DNA from: Synergistaceae bacterium | Lineage (GTDB): Bacteria; Synergistota; Synergistia; Synergistales; Aminobacteriaceae | DNA length: 64,000 bases | Assembly: GCA_022837505.1 (NCBI GenBank) | Contig: JALHFZ010000002.1 | Coordinates: 11,214-75,213 of the forward strand | Direction: 5' to 3' | Shown: one piece after another, positions 43,700 to 53,242 of the stretch | How the letters are laid out: each line of letters begins with the position of its first letter | Position numbering within the stretch: position 1 is the first letter of the stretch | Position numbers and translations under genes: made by a program | The notes under the pieces: model-generated | What the model was told of the DNA's origin: nothing | Seen by the model: only the letters and a program-made list of their open reading frames with translations | Database searches by the model: none

Positions 43700-45610
43700 T
43701 CAGCAGATGGCGTTGTCCTTCAGGGGGTTGAACTCCCCCTCCAGCACCTTGAGGAACTCCTCCATGGACATGGAGCCGAGATCCCCTTTGCTTCTCTCCC
43801 TCGGAGCGACAGTCCCCGTTTCCCTCTCCTTCTCCCCCACGACGATCATGTAGGGGATCTTCTGGGTCTGGGCGTCCCGGATCTTCTTCCCGAGCTTCTC
43901 ATCCCGTTCGTCGATCTCCACCCGGACTCCCCGGCATTTGAGCTTTTCGACGACGGTTTTTCCGTATTCCCCGTATTCAGCCGCGACGGGAAGAACCCTT
44001 GCCTGAACGGGGGCGATCCACCAGGGGAAGGCCCCTGCGAAGTTCTCCACGAGGATTCCGAAGAACCGCTCGAGGCTGCCGAGAATCGTCCGGTGAAGCA
44101 TGACGGGACGGTGTTCCTTTCCGTCGGCGCCGATGTAGGTGAGGTCGAATTTCTCGGGCATCTGGAAGTCGAGCTGAATGGTGCCGCACTGCCAGGTTCT
44201 TCCGATGGAGTCCTCGAGGTGGAAGTCGATCTTCGGTCCGTAGAAGGCCCCGTCCCCGGGGTTCAGCCGGTATTCCGCCCCGGTCTTCTCAAGGGCCTCT
44301 TTCAGGGCATTCTCCGCCACGGTCCACTGCTCCTCCGACCCCATGCAGTTCTCCGGCCGGGTGGACAGTTCCATGGTGTATTTGAAGCCGAAGACGTCCC
44401 TGTAGATATACCGGCAGAGGTCCATGATGCCGATGATCTCGTCCCGCACCTGGTCGGGGGTGCAGTAGAGGTGGGCGTCGTCCTGGGTGAAGCACCGGAC
44501 CCTCATGAGGCCGTGAAGGACGCCGCTCCGTTCGTGGCGGTGGACAACGCCGAGCTCGGCCATGCGGAGGGGAAGATCCCGGTAGCTGTGGATCTGGCTC
44601 TTGTAGACCATCATCCCTCCGGGGCAGTTCATGGGCTTGATGGCGAAGGGCTGCTCATCGATCTCGGTGAAGTACATGTTGTCCCGGTAGTGGTCCCAGT
44701 GCCCCGAGCGGATCCACAGATCCCGGTCGAGGATGAGGGGAGTGCGGATTTCGCAGTACCCTCTTTTCACGTGCTCTTTTCTCCAGAAGTCCGTCAGGGC
44801 GTTCATGATGACCATCCCCTTGGGGTGGAAGAAGGGGAATCCCGGCCCTTCGCTCTGGATGCTGAAGAGGTCGAGCTCCCGGCCGAGCCGCCGGTGGTCC
44901 CGGCTCTTCGCCTCCTCCATCCTCTTGATGTAGAGTTCGAGGGTCTCCCTGTCGGGGAAAGCCGTTCCGTATATCCGGGTAAGCATGATGTTCTTCTCAT
45001 CCCCCCGCCAGTAGGCTCCGGCAAGGGAGAGGAGCTTGAAGTGCTGTATCTTGGAGGTGTCGGAGACATGGGGACCCCGGCAGAGGTCGGCGTAGTCCCC
45101 CTGGAAATAGAGGGTGACGCGGTCATCCTCAAGCTCGGAGATGATCTCCGTCTTGTAGGGGTCATCCTTTTCCCGGAACCACTCGAGGGCCTCCTCCCGG
45201 CTCATCTCCCGGCGCTCCACGGGAAGGGCCCGCTTGGCGATGCGGCGCATCTCAAGCTCTATCTTCGGAAGATCCTCCTCGGTGATCCCTCCGGGAATCT
45301 CCATATCATAGTAAAAACCGTCCTTTATCGCGGGGCCCACGCCGTATCTCGTTCCAGGCCAGAGGTTTGAGACCGCCTGGGCCATGAGATGGGCGGCGGA
45401 ATGGCGGAGGATCTCGAGCCCCTCCTCAGAGTCGGGGAAGATCGGAAGGAGGGTTCCGTCCTCCTCCACCTTTTTTGAAAAATCGACGGCCTTTCCGTTC
45501 AGCAGCCCCGCTATCGCTCCCTTGCGCACTCCCAGTTTCTCAAGACCGTCCCGTACCGTGCCGGATTCGATCTGTATTTCCTTTCCTTCAGGTCCCGTCA
45601 GGTGCACCAT
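43700..45610 (-). CDS. thrS: Threonine--tRNA ligase
   Basis: 636 aa with TGS domain, editing-domain HxxxH (RHSAAHLMA), class II core and anticodon-binding domain. Confidence 0.97.
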   Translation of the reverse strand: MVHLTGPEGKEIQIESGTVRDGLEKLGVRKGAIAGLLNGKAVDFSKKVEEDGTLLPIFPDSEEGLEILRHSAAHLMAQAVSNLWPGTRYGVGPAIKDGFYYDMEIPGGITEEDLPKIELEMRRIAKRALPVERREMSREEALEWFREKDDPYKTEIISELEDDRVTLYFQGDYADLCRGPHVSDTSKIQHFKLLSLAGAYWRGDEKNIMLTRIYGTAFPDRETLELYIKRMEEAKSRDHRRLGRELDLFSIQSEGPGFPFFHPKGMVIMNALTDFWRKEHVKRGYCEIRTPLILDRDLWIRSGHWDHYRDNMYFTEIDEQPFAIKPMNCPGGMMVYKSQIHSYRDLPLRMAELGVVHRHERSGVLHGLMRVRCFTQDDAHLYCTPDQVRDEIIGIMDLCRYIYRDVFGFKYTMELSTRPENCMGSEEQWTVAENALKEALEKTGAEYRLNPGDGAFYGPKIDFHLEDSIGRTWQCGTIQLDFQMPEKFDLTYIGADGKEHRPVMLHRTILGSLERFFGILVENFAGAFPWWIAPVQARVLPVAAEYGEYGKTVVEKLKCRGVRVEIDERDEKLGKKIRDAQTQKIPYMIVVGEKERETGTVAPRERSKGDLGSMSMEEFLKVLEGEFNPLKDNAIC

Positions 45611-45627
45611 TGTCTTGTCCCCCTTTT

Positions 45628-45895
45628 AAAAAAATCAAAAGCCCACGACATCTCCATATTTGGAGGCGACGTGGGCGTGCCGTGGTTCCACTCCAGTTCC
45701 GTCCTCCCGGGGAAGACGGCGCTCGTTTCCGCTGTAAGGGGCGGACCCCCGGCGCCTTTTCCCCTGAGGGCTTTTCGGCGCCCGCTCAAGGGCGGTCTTC
45801 AAGGGGACCCCGCGGGAGATCTTTCAGCCTCGAATCTCCCTCTCTGGGCGGTCAGTCCGGTCTTTACTCTCCCTCTCATCGCGAAGGTCATTCTC
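45628..45895 (-). promoter_or_regulatory. T-box riboswitch leader (Thr, specifier ACC) of thrS
   Basis: Minus strand: stem I elements (GCGATGAGAGGGAGAGTAAAG ... CCAGAGAGGGAG) and specifier context TTGAAGACCGCCC. The T-box sequence is AACTGGAGTGGAACCACGG. The terminator is GCCCACGTCGCCTCC-AAATAT-GGAGATGTCGTGGGC plus TTTTGATTTTTTT. Confidence 0.85.
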
Positions 45896-45903
45896 TTGCA
45901 AGT

Positions 45904-45932
45904 CTTATACTCCAAATTCAAAAAACTGTCAA
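45904..45932 (-). promoter_or_regulatory. Sigma-70-like promoter for thrS leader
   Basis: Minus strand TTGACA (45932-45927, overlapping the dut stop), 17-nt spacer, TATAAG (45909-45904). Confidence 0.55.
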
Positions 45933-46372
45933 TCCGTCCCCGTGCTGCCGAACCCTCCGTCCCCCCGCCCTGAGGGGGCGAGAGTCTCTTCCTCCACCCA
46001 GGAGATCCGGGTGACCGGGGCCACCACCATCTGGGCAATGCGATCCCCCGGAAGGACCGAGAAGGCCTCGGTACCGAGGTTCACGAGGAGAACCCTGATC
46101 TCCCCCCGGTAATCGCTGTCGATGGTCCCGGGGGAGTTGAGAACGGTAATGCCGTTTTTTCTGGCAAGGCCGCTCCGGGGACGCACCTGGGCTTCATACC
46201 CCTCGGGCAGCTCGATGAAAAGCCCTGTGGATATGTCGGTCCTCTCTCCGGGGAGGAGGACCGACTCCTCTGCGGCCCGAAGGTCGATCCCCGCGGAGAA
46301 CTCGGTGCTGTAGCACGGAAGGGGAAAGGCTTTCGCCTCTCCCTTCCGCAGAAGTTTCACCTTCACCGTCAC
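45929..46372 (-). CDS. dut: dUTP diphosphatase
   Basis: AGIDLRA, RPRSGLA and [11 protein letters not shown] motifs. Confidence 0.95.
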   Translation of the reverse strand: MTVKVKLLRKGEAKAFPLPCYSTEFSAGIDLRAAEESVLLPGERTDISTGLFIELPEGYEAQVRPRSGLARKNGITVLNSPGTIDSDYRGEIRVLLVNLGTEAFSVLPGDRIAQMVVAPVTRISWVEEETLAPSGRGDGGFGSTGTD

Positions 46373-46377
46373 AGCGG

Positions 46378-48648
46378 CTAATCCCTTGATCGCCTCGGTC
46401 CGCCCCGGCGGTCCCCCCGGTCGGGTCTGCCGCCGTGGGAGGGGCGTTCCCGGTCCCGTTCGGGCTGAGGGTTGGCCTTGGCCTCCGCTTCAAGTTCGGT
46501 GATTTTCTCCTCCCGTTCCTTTTCGGCGGGAAGGACATCCGAAAGGCCCTCCTGGGCTATCCTGCTCTCATTCTCAAGGATGCGGCGCCGGGTCAGGTTT
46601 ACCCTGCCCATGTCGTCGATCTCCTTGACCATGACGAGGACCCGGTCTCCCGGCTTGAAGATGTCGTCCACCTTGGGGACCCTGTGGGTGCTGATCTCGC
46701 TTACGTGGAGCAGTCCTTCCTTACCGGGAAGGCATTCGATGAAGGCTCCGAAGTTCATGAGTCTCGTGACCGTGCCGTAATAGACTTCTCCGGCCGCGAG
46801 GTCCTTCGTGAGGCTGCGGATGATCGAAAGGGCCTCATCCACCTTCTCCTGGGAGGGGCCTCCCACGAAGATCTCCCCCGTATCCTCCACATTAATCTTC
46901 ACGCCGGTCTTCGCGGTAATTCCCCGGATGACCTTTCCGCCGGAACCGATGACGTCCCTGATCTTCTCCGGATCGATGGTGATCATGTAGATTCTGGGGG
47001 CCGTGGGTGAAAGGGGGGCCGGAGAGGGGACGGCCTCCTCCATTTTCTCAAGGATGGCCATACGGGCTGACTTTGCCTGGCTGAGGGCCTCCTCGAGGAT
47101 CGACCGGGTGATTCCTCCGGCCTTGTTGTCCATCTGAAGGGCCGTTACGCCGTCCCGGGTTCCCGCCACCTTGAAGTCCATATCCCCGAAATGGTCCTCG
47201 AGTCCCTGGATATCCGTGAGGATGGCGACTTTATCCTCTTCCTTGATGAGGCCCATGGCGATGCCCGCCACATGCTTTCTGAGGGGCACTCCGGCATTCA
47301 TCAGGGCGAGGCTTCCGCCGCATATGGACGCCTGGGAGCTGGAACCGTTGGATTCAAGGATATCGGAGACGACCCTCATGACATAGGGGAAATCCGCCTC
47401 CTCGGGGATCACCGGACGGAGGGCTCTTTCCGCCAGGGCGCCGTGGCCGATCTCCCGCCGTCCCGGACCGCGCATGGGACGGACTTCTCCCACTGAGTAG
47501 GGGGGGAAGTTATAGTGAAGGATGAAGCGCTTGGCGGGCTCGTCCTGCTTGAGCCCGTCGAGAATCTGATCGTCCACGCCCATCATTCCGAGGGTGGTGA
47601 TCACCAGGGCCTGAGTCTCCCCCCGGGTGAAGAGGGCCGAGCCGTGAACCCTGGGGATGACGTCCGTCTCGCAGGAGATCGCCCGGAGCTCGTCCATGGC
47701 TCTTCCGTCCGCCCGGACCCGATCGTCCACGATGAGGGAGCGCATGGTCTTCTTGACCAGTTCGTCCATGACGGAGGAGATGAAATTTCCGCTCTCTGGA
47801 AATTCGGAGAGAAAGCGCTCCTCCGCCCTCTTTCTGATCTCTGTGATTGCATCCCCCCGGGGGTTCTTTTCATGAATTCTGACGGCGTCCCGGATATCGG
47901 AGACGAGGGTCTGCTCCATCCATTCCTGGATCTCCGGGAAGGTCTCGGGCCTGGGGAGAACGATCTTTTCCTTCCCCACGGTACGGGCCATCTCGCTGAT
48001 GAGGGCCACGATCTTCTTTATCTCGCTGTGGGCGAGGTCAAGGGCGTCCACAAGAAGGTCTTCTGAAACTTCCTTCGAGGCGCATTCCACCATGGTCACG
48101 CCGTCCATATGGCCTGCCACAAGGAGATCAAGGGTGGAGTTGAGCATCTCCTCTTCCGTGGGGTTCACCACGAGGGAACCGTCCACAAACCCCATTCTCA
48201 CCGCTCCCACCGGGCCTCCCCAGGGCACATCGGAGATTGAAAGGGCAGCGGACGCCCCGTTGATGGCCAGGACATTGGGAGGATTGAGCTGGTCGACGGA
48301 AAGGACCGTGGCGACCACGTGAACATCATGGCGGGTGGTTTCGTCAAAGAGGGAACGGATGGACCGGTCTACCATCCGGCCGCTGAGAATGGCCGTCTCT
48401 GACGGGCGTCCTTCCCGTTTGATGAACCCTCCGGGGATCTTTCCGGCGGAATAAAAGCGCTCTTCAAAGTCCACCAGAAGGGGAAAGAAATCCATGCCGA
48501 CCCTCGGCTTATCCGTGATGCAGGCCGTAGCCAGAATCCGGGTGTCACCATGACCGGCCAATACTGCGCCGCCGGCCTGTTTTGCGAGTTTCCCTGTGGA
48601 AAACTCGAGGGGTCGGCCTCCTATTTCGACTGAAAACTTTTTTTCCAT
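46378..48648 (-). CDS. pnp: Polyribonucleotide nucleotidyltransferase (PNPase)
   Basis: Two RNase PH domains, KH and S1 domains, plus an Arg/Gly/Asp-rich C-terminal tail. Confidence 0.97.
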   Translation of the reverse strand: MEKKFSVEIGGRPLEFSTGKLAKQAGGAVLAGHGDTRILATACITDKPRVGMDFFPLLVDFEERFYSAGKIPGGFIKREGRPSETAILSGRMVDRSIRSLFDETTRHDVHVVATVLSVDQLNPPNVLAINGASAALSISDVPWGGPVGAVRMGFVDGSLVVNPTEEEMLNSTLDLLVAGHMDGVTMVECASKEVSEDLLVDALDLAHSEIKKIVALISEMARTVGKEKIVLPRPETFPEIQEWMEQTLVSDIRDAVRIHEKNPRGDAITEIRKRAEERFLSEFPESGNFISSVMDELVKKTMRSLIVDDRVRADGRAMDELRAISCETDVIPRVHGSALFTRGETQALVITTLGMMGVDDQILDGLKQDEPAKRFILHYNFPPYSVGEVRPMRGPGRREIGHGALAERALRPVIPEEADFPYVMRVVSDILESNGSSSQASICGGSLALMNAGVPLRKHVAGIAMGLIKEEDKVAILTDIQGLEDHFGDMDFKVAGTRDGVTALQMDNKAGGITRSILEEALSQAKSARMAILEKMEEAVPSPAPLSPTAPRIYMITIDPEKIRDVIGSGGKVIRGITAKTGVKINVEDTGEIFVGGPSQEKVDEALSIIRSLTKDLAAGEVYYGTVTRLMNFGAFIECLPGKEGLLHVSEISTHRVPKVDDIFKPGDRVLVMVKEIDDMGRVNLTRRRILENESRIAQEGLSDVLPAEKEREEKITELEAEAKANPQPERDRERPSHGGRPDRGDRRGGPRRSRD

Positions 48649-48724
48649 ATTCTAAGTTCCTCCTCTTTCTTCTTCTTCTCTTTCTATTCGCAATAAAGAA
48701 TACCATATTCCGGCGAAAATACAT

Positions 48725-48751
48725 AAAAAAAGCGGGGACCGTCGTCCCCGC
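48725..48751 (-). terminator. Rho-independent terminator between rpsO and pnp
   Basis: Minus strand GCGGGGAC-GACG-GTCCCCGC followed by TTTTTTT. Confidence 0.75.
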
Positions 48752-48766
48752 GAAAAACTTCGCTCT

Positions 48767-49033
48767 TCAGTGGCGCAGGCCGAGCCGTTCGATGAGCGTT
48801 CTGTAGCGGTTGAAGTCCTTCTCGCGAAGATAGCGAAGGAGCTTTCTTCTGGTTCCCACCATCTTGAGGAGTCCTCTTCGGGAGTGGAAATCCTTCGTGT
48901 GCACCTTGAGATGCTCCGTAAGATCACGGATGCGCCGGGTCAGCATGGCAACCTGAACCTCCGGAGACCCCGTATCCACGGTATGGGTGCGGTAATCGGA
49001 GATTATTTCCTGTTTCTGTCCTTTTTCAAGCAT
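48767..49033 (-). CDS. rpsO: 30S ribosomal protein S15
   Basis: ...[49 protein letters not shown]... Confidence 0.96.
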   Translation of the reverse strand: MLEKGQKQEIISDYRTHTVDTGSPEVQVAMLTRRIRDLTEHLKVHTKDFHSRRGLLKMVGTRRKLLRYLREKDFNRYRTLIERLGLRH

Positions 49034-49109
49034 TTTCCTTCACCTCGTAGGTAAAATCCCGAAACCCAGAAGAGCGGTTCCAGCGCTCATCCGCGTAAGG
49101 GTCAGGGAA

Positions 49110-49138
49110 ATAGTACCACCGGAGAGAAAGGAAAGCAA
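49110..49138 (-). promoter_or_regulatory. Sigma-70-like promoter for rpsO
   Basis: Minus strand TTGCTT (49138-49133), 17-nt spacer, TACTAT (49115-49110). Confidence 0.5.
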
Positions 49139-49437
49139 ACGCACAAGGGGCAAATTTCTCCCTTCCACTCTTTCTTCCGCCGGGAAAGCCCCTCACCCTC
49201 AGCCGCCACGCCCTGCGGGGGTTTCAGCCAGGCCTCCCAGAGACTCTCCGGGCCCCCTACGCCGAGCGGAGGCGGAAGGGGCACCCTGATCGGTACGTTT
49301 GAAAACCCCCTCTCGGGTTTTTCAAAGCTTGCTTTCTTTACCTGATTTTTTCGCTCGACATTTTCATGCCGTTGTGATTTAATGAAAATTCAATGGGTGA
49401 ATTTGCTGAAATCAATTCCTTTATTGGGGGAAAAAAT

Positions 49438-50112
49438 ATGTCCCTTCTCATCATTGAAGACAACCGCGATCTCGTTCAGATTCTCACCGAGGGGTTTGCC
49501 GAAAAGGGTTTTTCGGTAGACTCTGCCCTCTCGGGAGAAGAGGGGCTGGAAAAGGCGGCGGTCTCGAACTTTCGCTGCATCCTTCTCGACATAATGCTTC
49601 CCGGCATCAACGGCCTTGAAGTCCTCAAAATCCTCCGTACCCGGGGAGATCAGACCCCGGTCATTTATCTCACTGCCCGGGATACGGTGGATGACAGGAT
49701 CAAGGGGCTGAACCTCGGAGCGGATGATTACGTCGGAAAACCCTTCGATTTCGACGAACTGGTCGCGAGGGTCCGGGCGCTCCTGCGGAGAACCGAGGAA
49801 CCCCAAAGCAACATCCTCACCTGCGGACCGCTGGTCCTGAACACCAGCTCAAGAGAGTGCGCCATCGGAGGGGATATCCTCCCCCTCCGCAGAAAGGAGT
49901 TCGACATCCTCGAGCTTCTTCTGCGCCATGAAAACGAGGTCTTCACCAGGGAACGGCTCATCTCCTCCATATGGAAAAAAGGGGGGGACGGCACCAGTAA
50001 TATCGTCGACGTCCACATAAAATATCTCCGGGACAAACTCCGCCCCTTCGGGTGTGATACCCTCCTCGTGACGGTCCGGGGGGTGGGGTACAAGCTGTCC
50101 TGCCACGCCTGA
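49438..50112 (+). CDS. OmpR/PhoB-family response regulator (no adjacent histidine kinase)
   Basis: MSLLIIEDN..., LLDIMLPGINGLEV (phospho-Asp context), and a C-terminal winged helix ...VHIKYLRDKL...VRGVGYKL. The start is trimmed to the ATG at 49438 behind GGGGGA. Confidence 0.9.
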   Translation: MSLLIIEDNRDLVQILTEGFAEKGFSVDSALSGEEGLEKAAVSNFRCILLDIMLPGINGLEVLKILRTRGDQTPVIYLTARDTVDDRIKGLNLGADDYVGKPFDFDELVARVRALLRRTEEPQSNILTCGPLVLNTSSRECAIGGDILPLRRKEFDILELLLRHENEVFTRERLISSIWKKGGDGTSNIVDVHIKYLRDKLRPFGCDTLLVTVRGVGYKLSCHA

Positions 50113-50150
50113 GGCCGCACCCTTCATAAAAACGGGAAGATTTCCCACAG

Positions 50151-50177
50151 AAAAAGGGGGCCGGCGCCCCCTTTTTT
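50151..50177. terminator. Bidirectional rho-independent terminator between convergent genes
   Basis: AAAAAGGGGGC-CGGC-GCCCCCTTTTTT. Confidence 0.7.
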
Positions 50178-50236
50178 CCTGCCGAATAAAAGCCCTTCCT
50201 GTACTGCCCCTGAAATCTGATGCTCCCCCTCCTCTT

Positions 50237-52993
50237 TCAGCGGGTCCTGACCGTGGCGAACTTGAACTTGTACTGGGTGAACTCCTGTTTTGTGGCAACC
50301 CCCGTGATGCGGGACTTCATCACCATCACTTCCCTGCCGAGCTCGGGAGAATTTTCGATGGGAAGGGAGCCTCCGACCTGGCGGATGTAGACCAGACCGT
50401 GGTCGATGACCCGATGATTCTTGTCCCTCGTTACATATTCACCGAACATCCGGTTGCCTGCTGTCTTGATATTCGCCGCAGCCTGAAAGAAACCGATGGA
50501 CTCCTGTCCTTTCTTCAGAATATCGGCACCCTTGAAAGCAGCCCCCAGTGGATTTGACCCTTTTCCCTCCGTGCCGCCCGAGTTTTTGAACACTTTCGAA
50601 CGGACGAAATCAGTGGCCGAATCGAGCTTTTTTCCAAGCTCTTCCACAGACGTCAGCTTCGCCCCCACATCGAAGACCGTGGCGGGCGCAGGCATGGCTT
50701 CACCGGTTTTCTTGTCGTATACTGACTTCCCCTGCTTCGGAGCGGCATCGAAGGTGGTCATACTCCCAGTACTCTCGTCGGAAATGGCCCCCCTGGAGCC
50801 CCCTTCATCGGAGATAATCCACGTGCTCTTCTCTCCGTCGGTGTAGGCCGTGTGCTTGCCCGAGAAGGGGATCGTACCTTCTATGCCTATGAGGGGAAGA
50901 TCCCCCGCCTCCTTGAACATGGGCAGGGCGGTTTTTTCTATCTCCACGGGGTCTGCGTCGAAGGTGTACTTCGGCAGTTCCTTCCGTGGCGGAAGTAATG
51001 TGTTAAGGGCCCGGCTCAATTCTGCCACATCTTCTTCGCATTGCCGGATCCTGCTGAGGGTATCCTCGAGAGCGGCAGGGCTGATCTGGCAAAGAAAGGG
51101 AGATGATATAGCCAGGGGAAAATTGTCGATCGCCTGCCTGGCCTCGGAAGTGCCAAGGTTCGGAATGGCATACCCGGCTGTGGGCCAGATATCCACTGAA
51201 TCCACGGCGAAAGCTTCTCTCCTGTTTGCGGCCAGGTCGTAGACCTCCCTGACCGTCATGTATTTCATCAGGCCTCCCGCCTTCACCCAGAACTCCTCCA
51301 CCAGCTGCTTCCTCTCTCCGTATATTTTCTGGGGATAATCCAGATATTTCAGGGTGTACTGTCTGGTAATGTTAAGCAGGTCATTCATGTGTCCGATGCA
51401 GGCTGTATAAAAACGTATTCCCTTCCGGAGCCACTCGGCCTCATCCTTCTTTGTCCCTTTGGTCTGCCTTAAAAAAGCAAGATGAAGGTTATGCTCCTCG
51501 CTGCGGAAGGAAGCACACCTGGACATATACGCGCGGACATAATCTTCAAGGAGCTTCTCCGTGGGATCCTCCTCCTGCAGCTTCCAGTTGAGTTCTCTCA
51601 TTTTGAAGCGATAGTACGATTCAAGCACGAGGTAGGCATAGTACTGCCTCATGTTCTTCATCAGGGGGAGGGCACCCCTGCTCCCTTTCTTTCCGAAGAC
51701 ACCCCGTTCCAGGGGTATGCTCTCTCCGGACAGCTTTTGAAGCCTGGCAGCTCTTCTCTCACTGTCCCCCACCAGGAATTCACTGGAGGACAGGTAGCCG
51801 TCGGCGCTTCCAAAATTGGGAAAAGGAGCTATTTTTATCTGGGCGGCAGGGGTGTCGGCACCGGAATTTTCCCGCTCGGGGTCGCCGTATTTCTTCGCGA
51901 TCTCATAGAGAATTTTCAGCTGCTCCTCGGAAAGGGGATATTCTTCCCCTTCGGTGACGTCGAGATCACCGACTTCAGCAATGTAATCATCGAAAAGGCG
52001 AATGGACAGGTCATCGAAGCAGTCCCGAGCCGATTTCATGAGGGTCTCGGCGGCGAGGGGGCTGTTGCCGTCCTTGAGGTGGCAGAGAGTGAGCACCTGG
52101 AAGGCGGGACCGAATTCCGGGTTCTCCGCCAGTGCCCGGGCAGCATAGTTTTTTGCCCCCCCGAAATCGTCTATGTCCAGGAAGGCCATGGCGATATTGG
52201 TCAGAATGACGGGGTTGCGGGGTTCGAGGGCCTCCGCGGCGAAATAGAAGAAGAGGGCGTCCATGGGGGAAGTTTCCCGGAGCATTCCGGCGTAATTGTT
52301 CAGCAGGAGGGGGTGGGGGTACGCCGAGACGGCGAGGCCCGCGGTTTTCAGCATGCTCCCGTCCACGATGTCGTAAAAAGTCGCCACGGCCATGTGGTCA
52401 CCAAGGCTGAGGGCCCACCGGGCCTTCTCTTCTTCGTTCATGCCGTCAACCCCCTCGGCCGCTGAAGACAGGGGGAAGTCTCCTATGGGAGGTACTTTCT
52501 CTTCGGGAAGGTCCTTTGTCGAGGATCCGCTCCCCCCTTTTCCCCCCGCCCCCTTTCCTCTGCCGGCGATCGTTGCCTTCATCATGGCCTTCGCCATATC
52601 TGCGGGCCCGAGACCGAGGCGGTCCATCTTCTTCTGACGCTCCATCATACCGAGGGCGTTTTCCATGTCGGCCTCGCTGAGGCCCGAGGTTTTCAGTGCT
52701 TTTCTGGTTTCCTCGATCTCCCGGAGTTCCTCAGGATCGAGGGTAACTGCGTCAAGCCCAAGGGAAGAGAACAAGCTGTCTGCGGCATTTTTATCGGAGT
52801 TCATTCCGTCTCCCTCGCGGTCAGCGCCCTCTTCGGCCGCCGGGGGACGCCGCGTGCCCAGCTTCCCTGCGGCGGGGCGGGAGTTGATTTCCTGAATACG
52901 TTCCGCAATTTCAGCGGAGAGAGGTCCTCCGCCGGAGGAGGACTCCCCGCTCCCTCCCGGCAGCAGAAAGAGGGCTGCGAAGAGCAAAGACAC
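50237..52993 (-). CDS. Large secreted hypothetical protein with TPR-like repeats (start ambiguous)
   Basis: The ORF is open from 53068. A hydrophobic signal-like segment (V)SLLFAALFLLPGGSG starts at GTG 52993. TPR-like block ...ALFFYFAAEALEPRNPVILTNIAMAFLDIDDFGGAKNYAARALAENPEFGPAFQVL... No catalytic motif was recognised. The SD-ATG at 53007 is out of frame across an A7 run. See findings. Confidence 0.65.
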   Translation of the reverse strand: MSLLFAALFLLPGGSGESSSGGGPLSAEIAERIQEINSRPAAGKLGTRRPPAAEEGADREGDGMNSDKNAADSLFSSLGLDAVTLDPEELREIEETRKALKTSGLSEADMENALGMMERQKKMDRLGLGPADMAKAMMKATIAGRGKGAGGKGGSGSSTKDLPEEKVPPIGDFPLSSAAEGVDGMNEEEKARWALSLGDHMAVATFYDIVDGSMLKTAGLAVSAYPHPLLLNNYAGMLRETSPMDALFFYFAAEALEPRNPVILTNIAMAFLDIDDFGGAKNYAARALAENPEFGPAFQVLTLCHLKDGNSPLAAETLMKSARDCFDDLSIRLFDDYIAEVGDLDVTEGEEYPLSEEQLKILYEIAKKYGDPERENSGADTPAAQIKIAPFPNFGSADGYLSSSEFLVGDSERRAARLQKLSGESIPLERGVFGKKGSRGALPLMKNMRQYYAYLVLESYYRFKMRELNWKLQEEDPTEKLLEDYVRAYMSRCASFRSEEHNLHLAFLRQTKGTKKDEAEWLRKGIRFYTACIGHMNDLLNITRQYTLKYLDYPQKIYGERKQLVEEFWVKAGGLMKYMTVREVYDLAANRREAFAVDSVDIWPTAGYAIPNLGTSEARQAIDNFPLAISSPFLCQISPAALEDTLSRIRQCEEDVAELSRALNTLLPPRKELPKYTFDADPVEIEKTALPMFKEAGDLPLIGIEGTIPFSGKHTAYTDGEKSTWIISDEGGSRGAISDESTGSMTTFDAAPKQGKSVYDKKTGEAMPAPATVFDVGAKLTSVEELGKKLDSATDFVRSKVFKNSGGTEGKGSNPLGAAFKGADILKKGQESIGFFQAAANIKTAGNRMFGEYVTRDKNHRVIDHGLVYIRQVGGSLPIENSPELGREVMVMKSRITGVATKQEFTQYKFKFATVRTR

Positions 52994-53100
52994 CCTTTTT
53001 TTCCCATTCCTTTTTCCTCCTCGTACCGTCAGATCCCGAACCGCTCCGGCCGGAGAGTCCGGAGGCACAGTCCGGAGGTATTCCGATCTATCCCGGAGTT

Positions 53101-53130
53101 ATTATATTCCTGTTTTGAATTGCCGGACAA
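53101..53130 (-). promoter_or_regulatory. Possible promoter for the large ORF
   Basis: Minus strand TTGTCC (53130-53125), 18-nt spacer, TATAAT (53106-53101). It is preceded by two hairpins that follow the htrA stop. Confidence 0.4.
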
Positions 53131-53242
53131 GACCTTTTCGGACCGCAGGGGGGATTTTTCCCCCTGATAGAGAGAGAGGACCGGATCCCTTCTGCGGGAA
53201 TCCGGTCCTCTGGTTTTGGCGGAAGCGGGTCAGGATCGTCCT

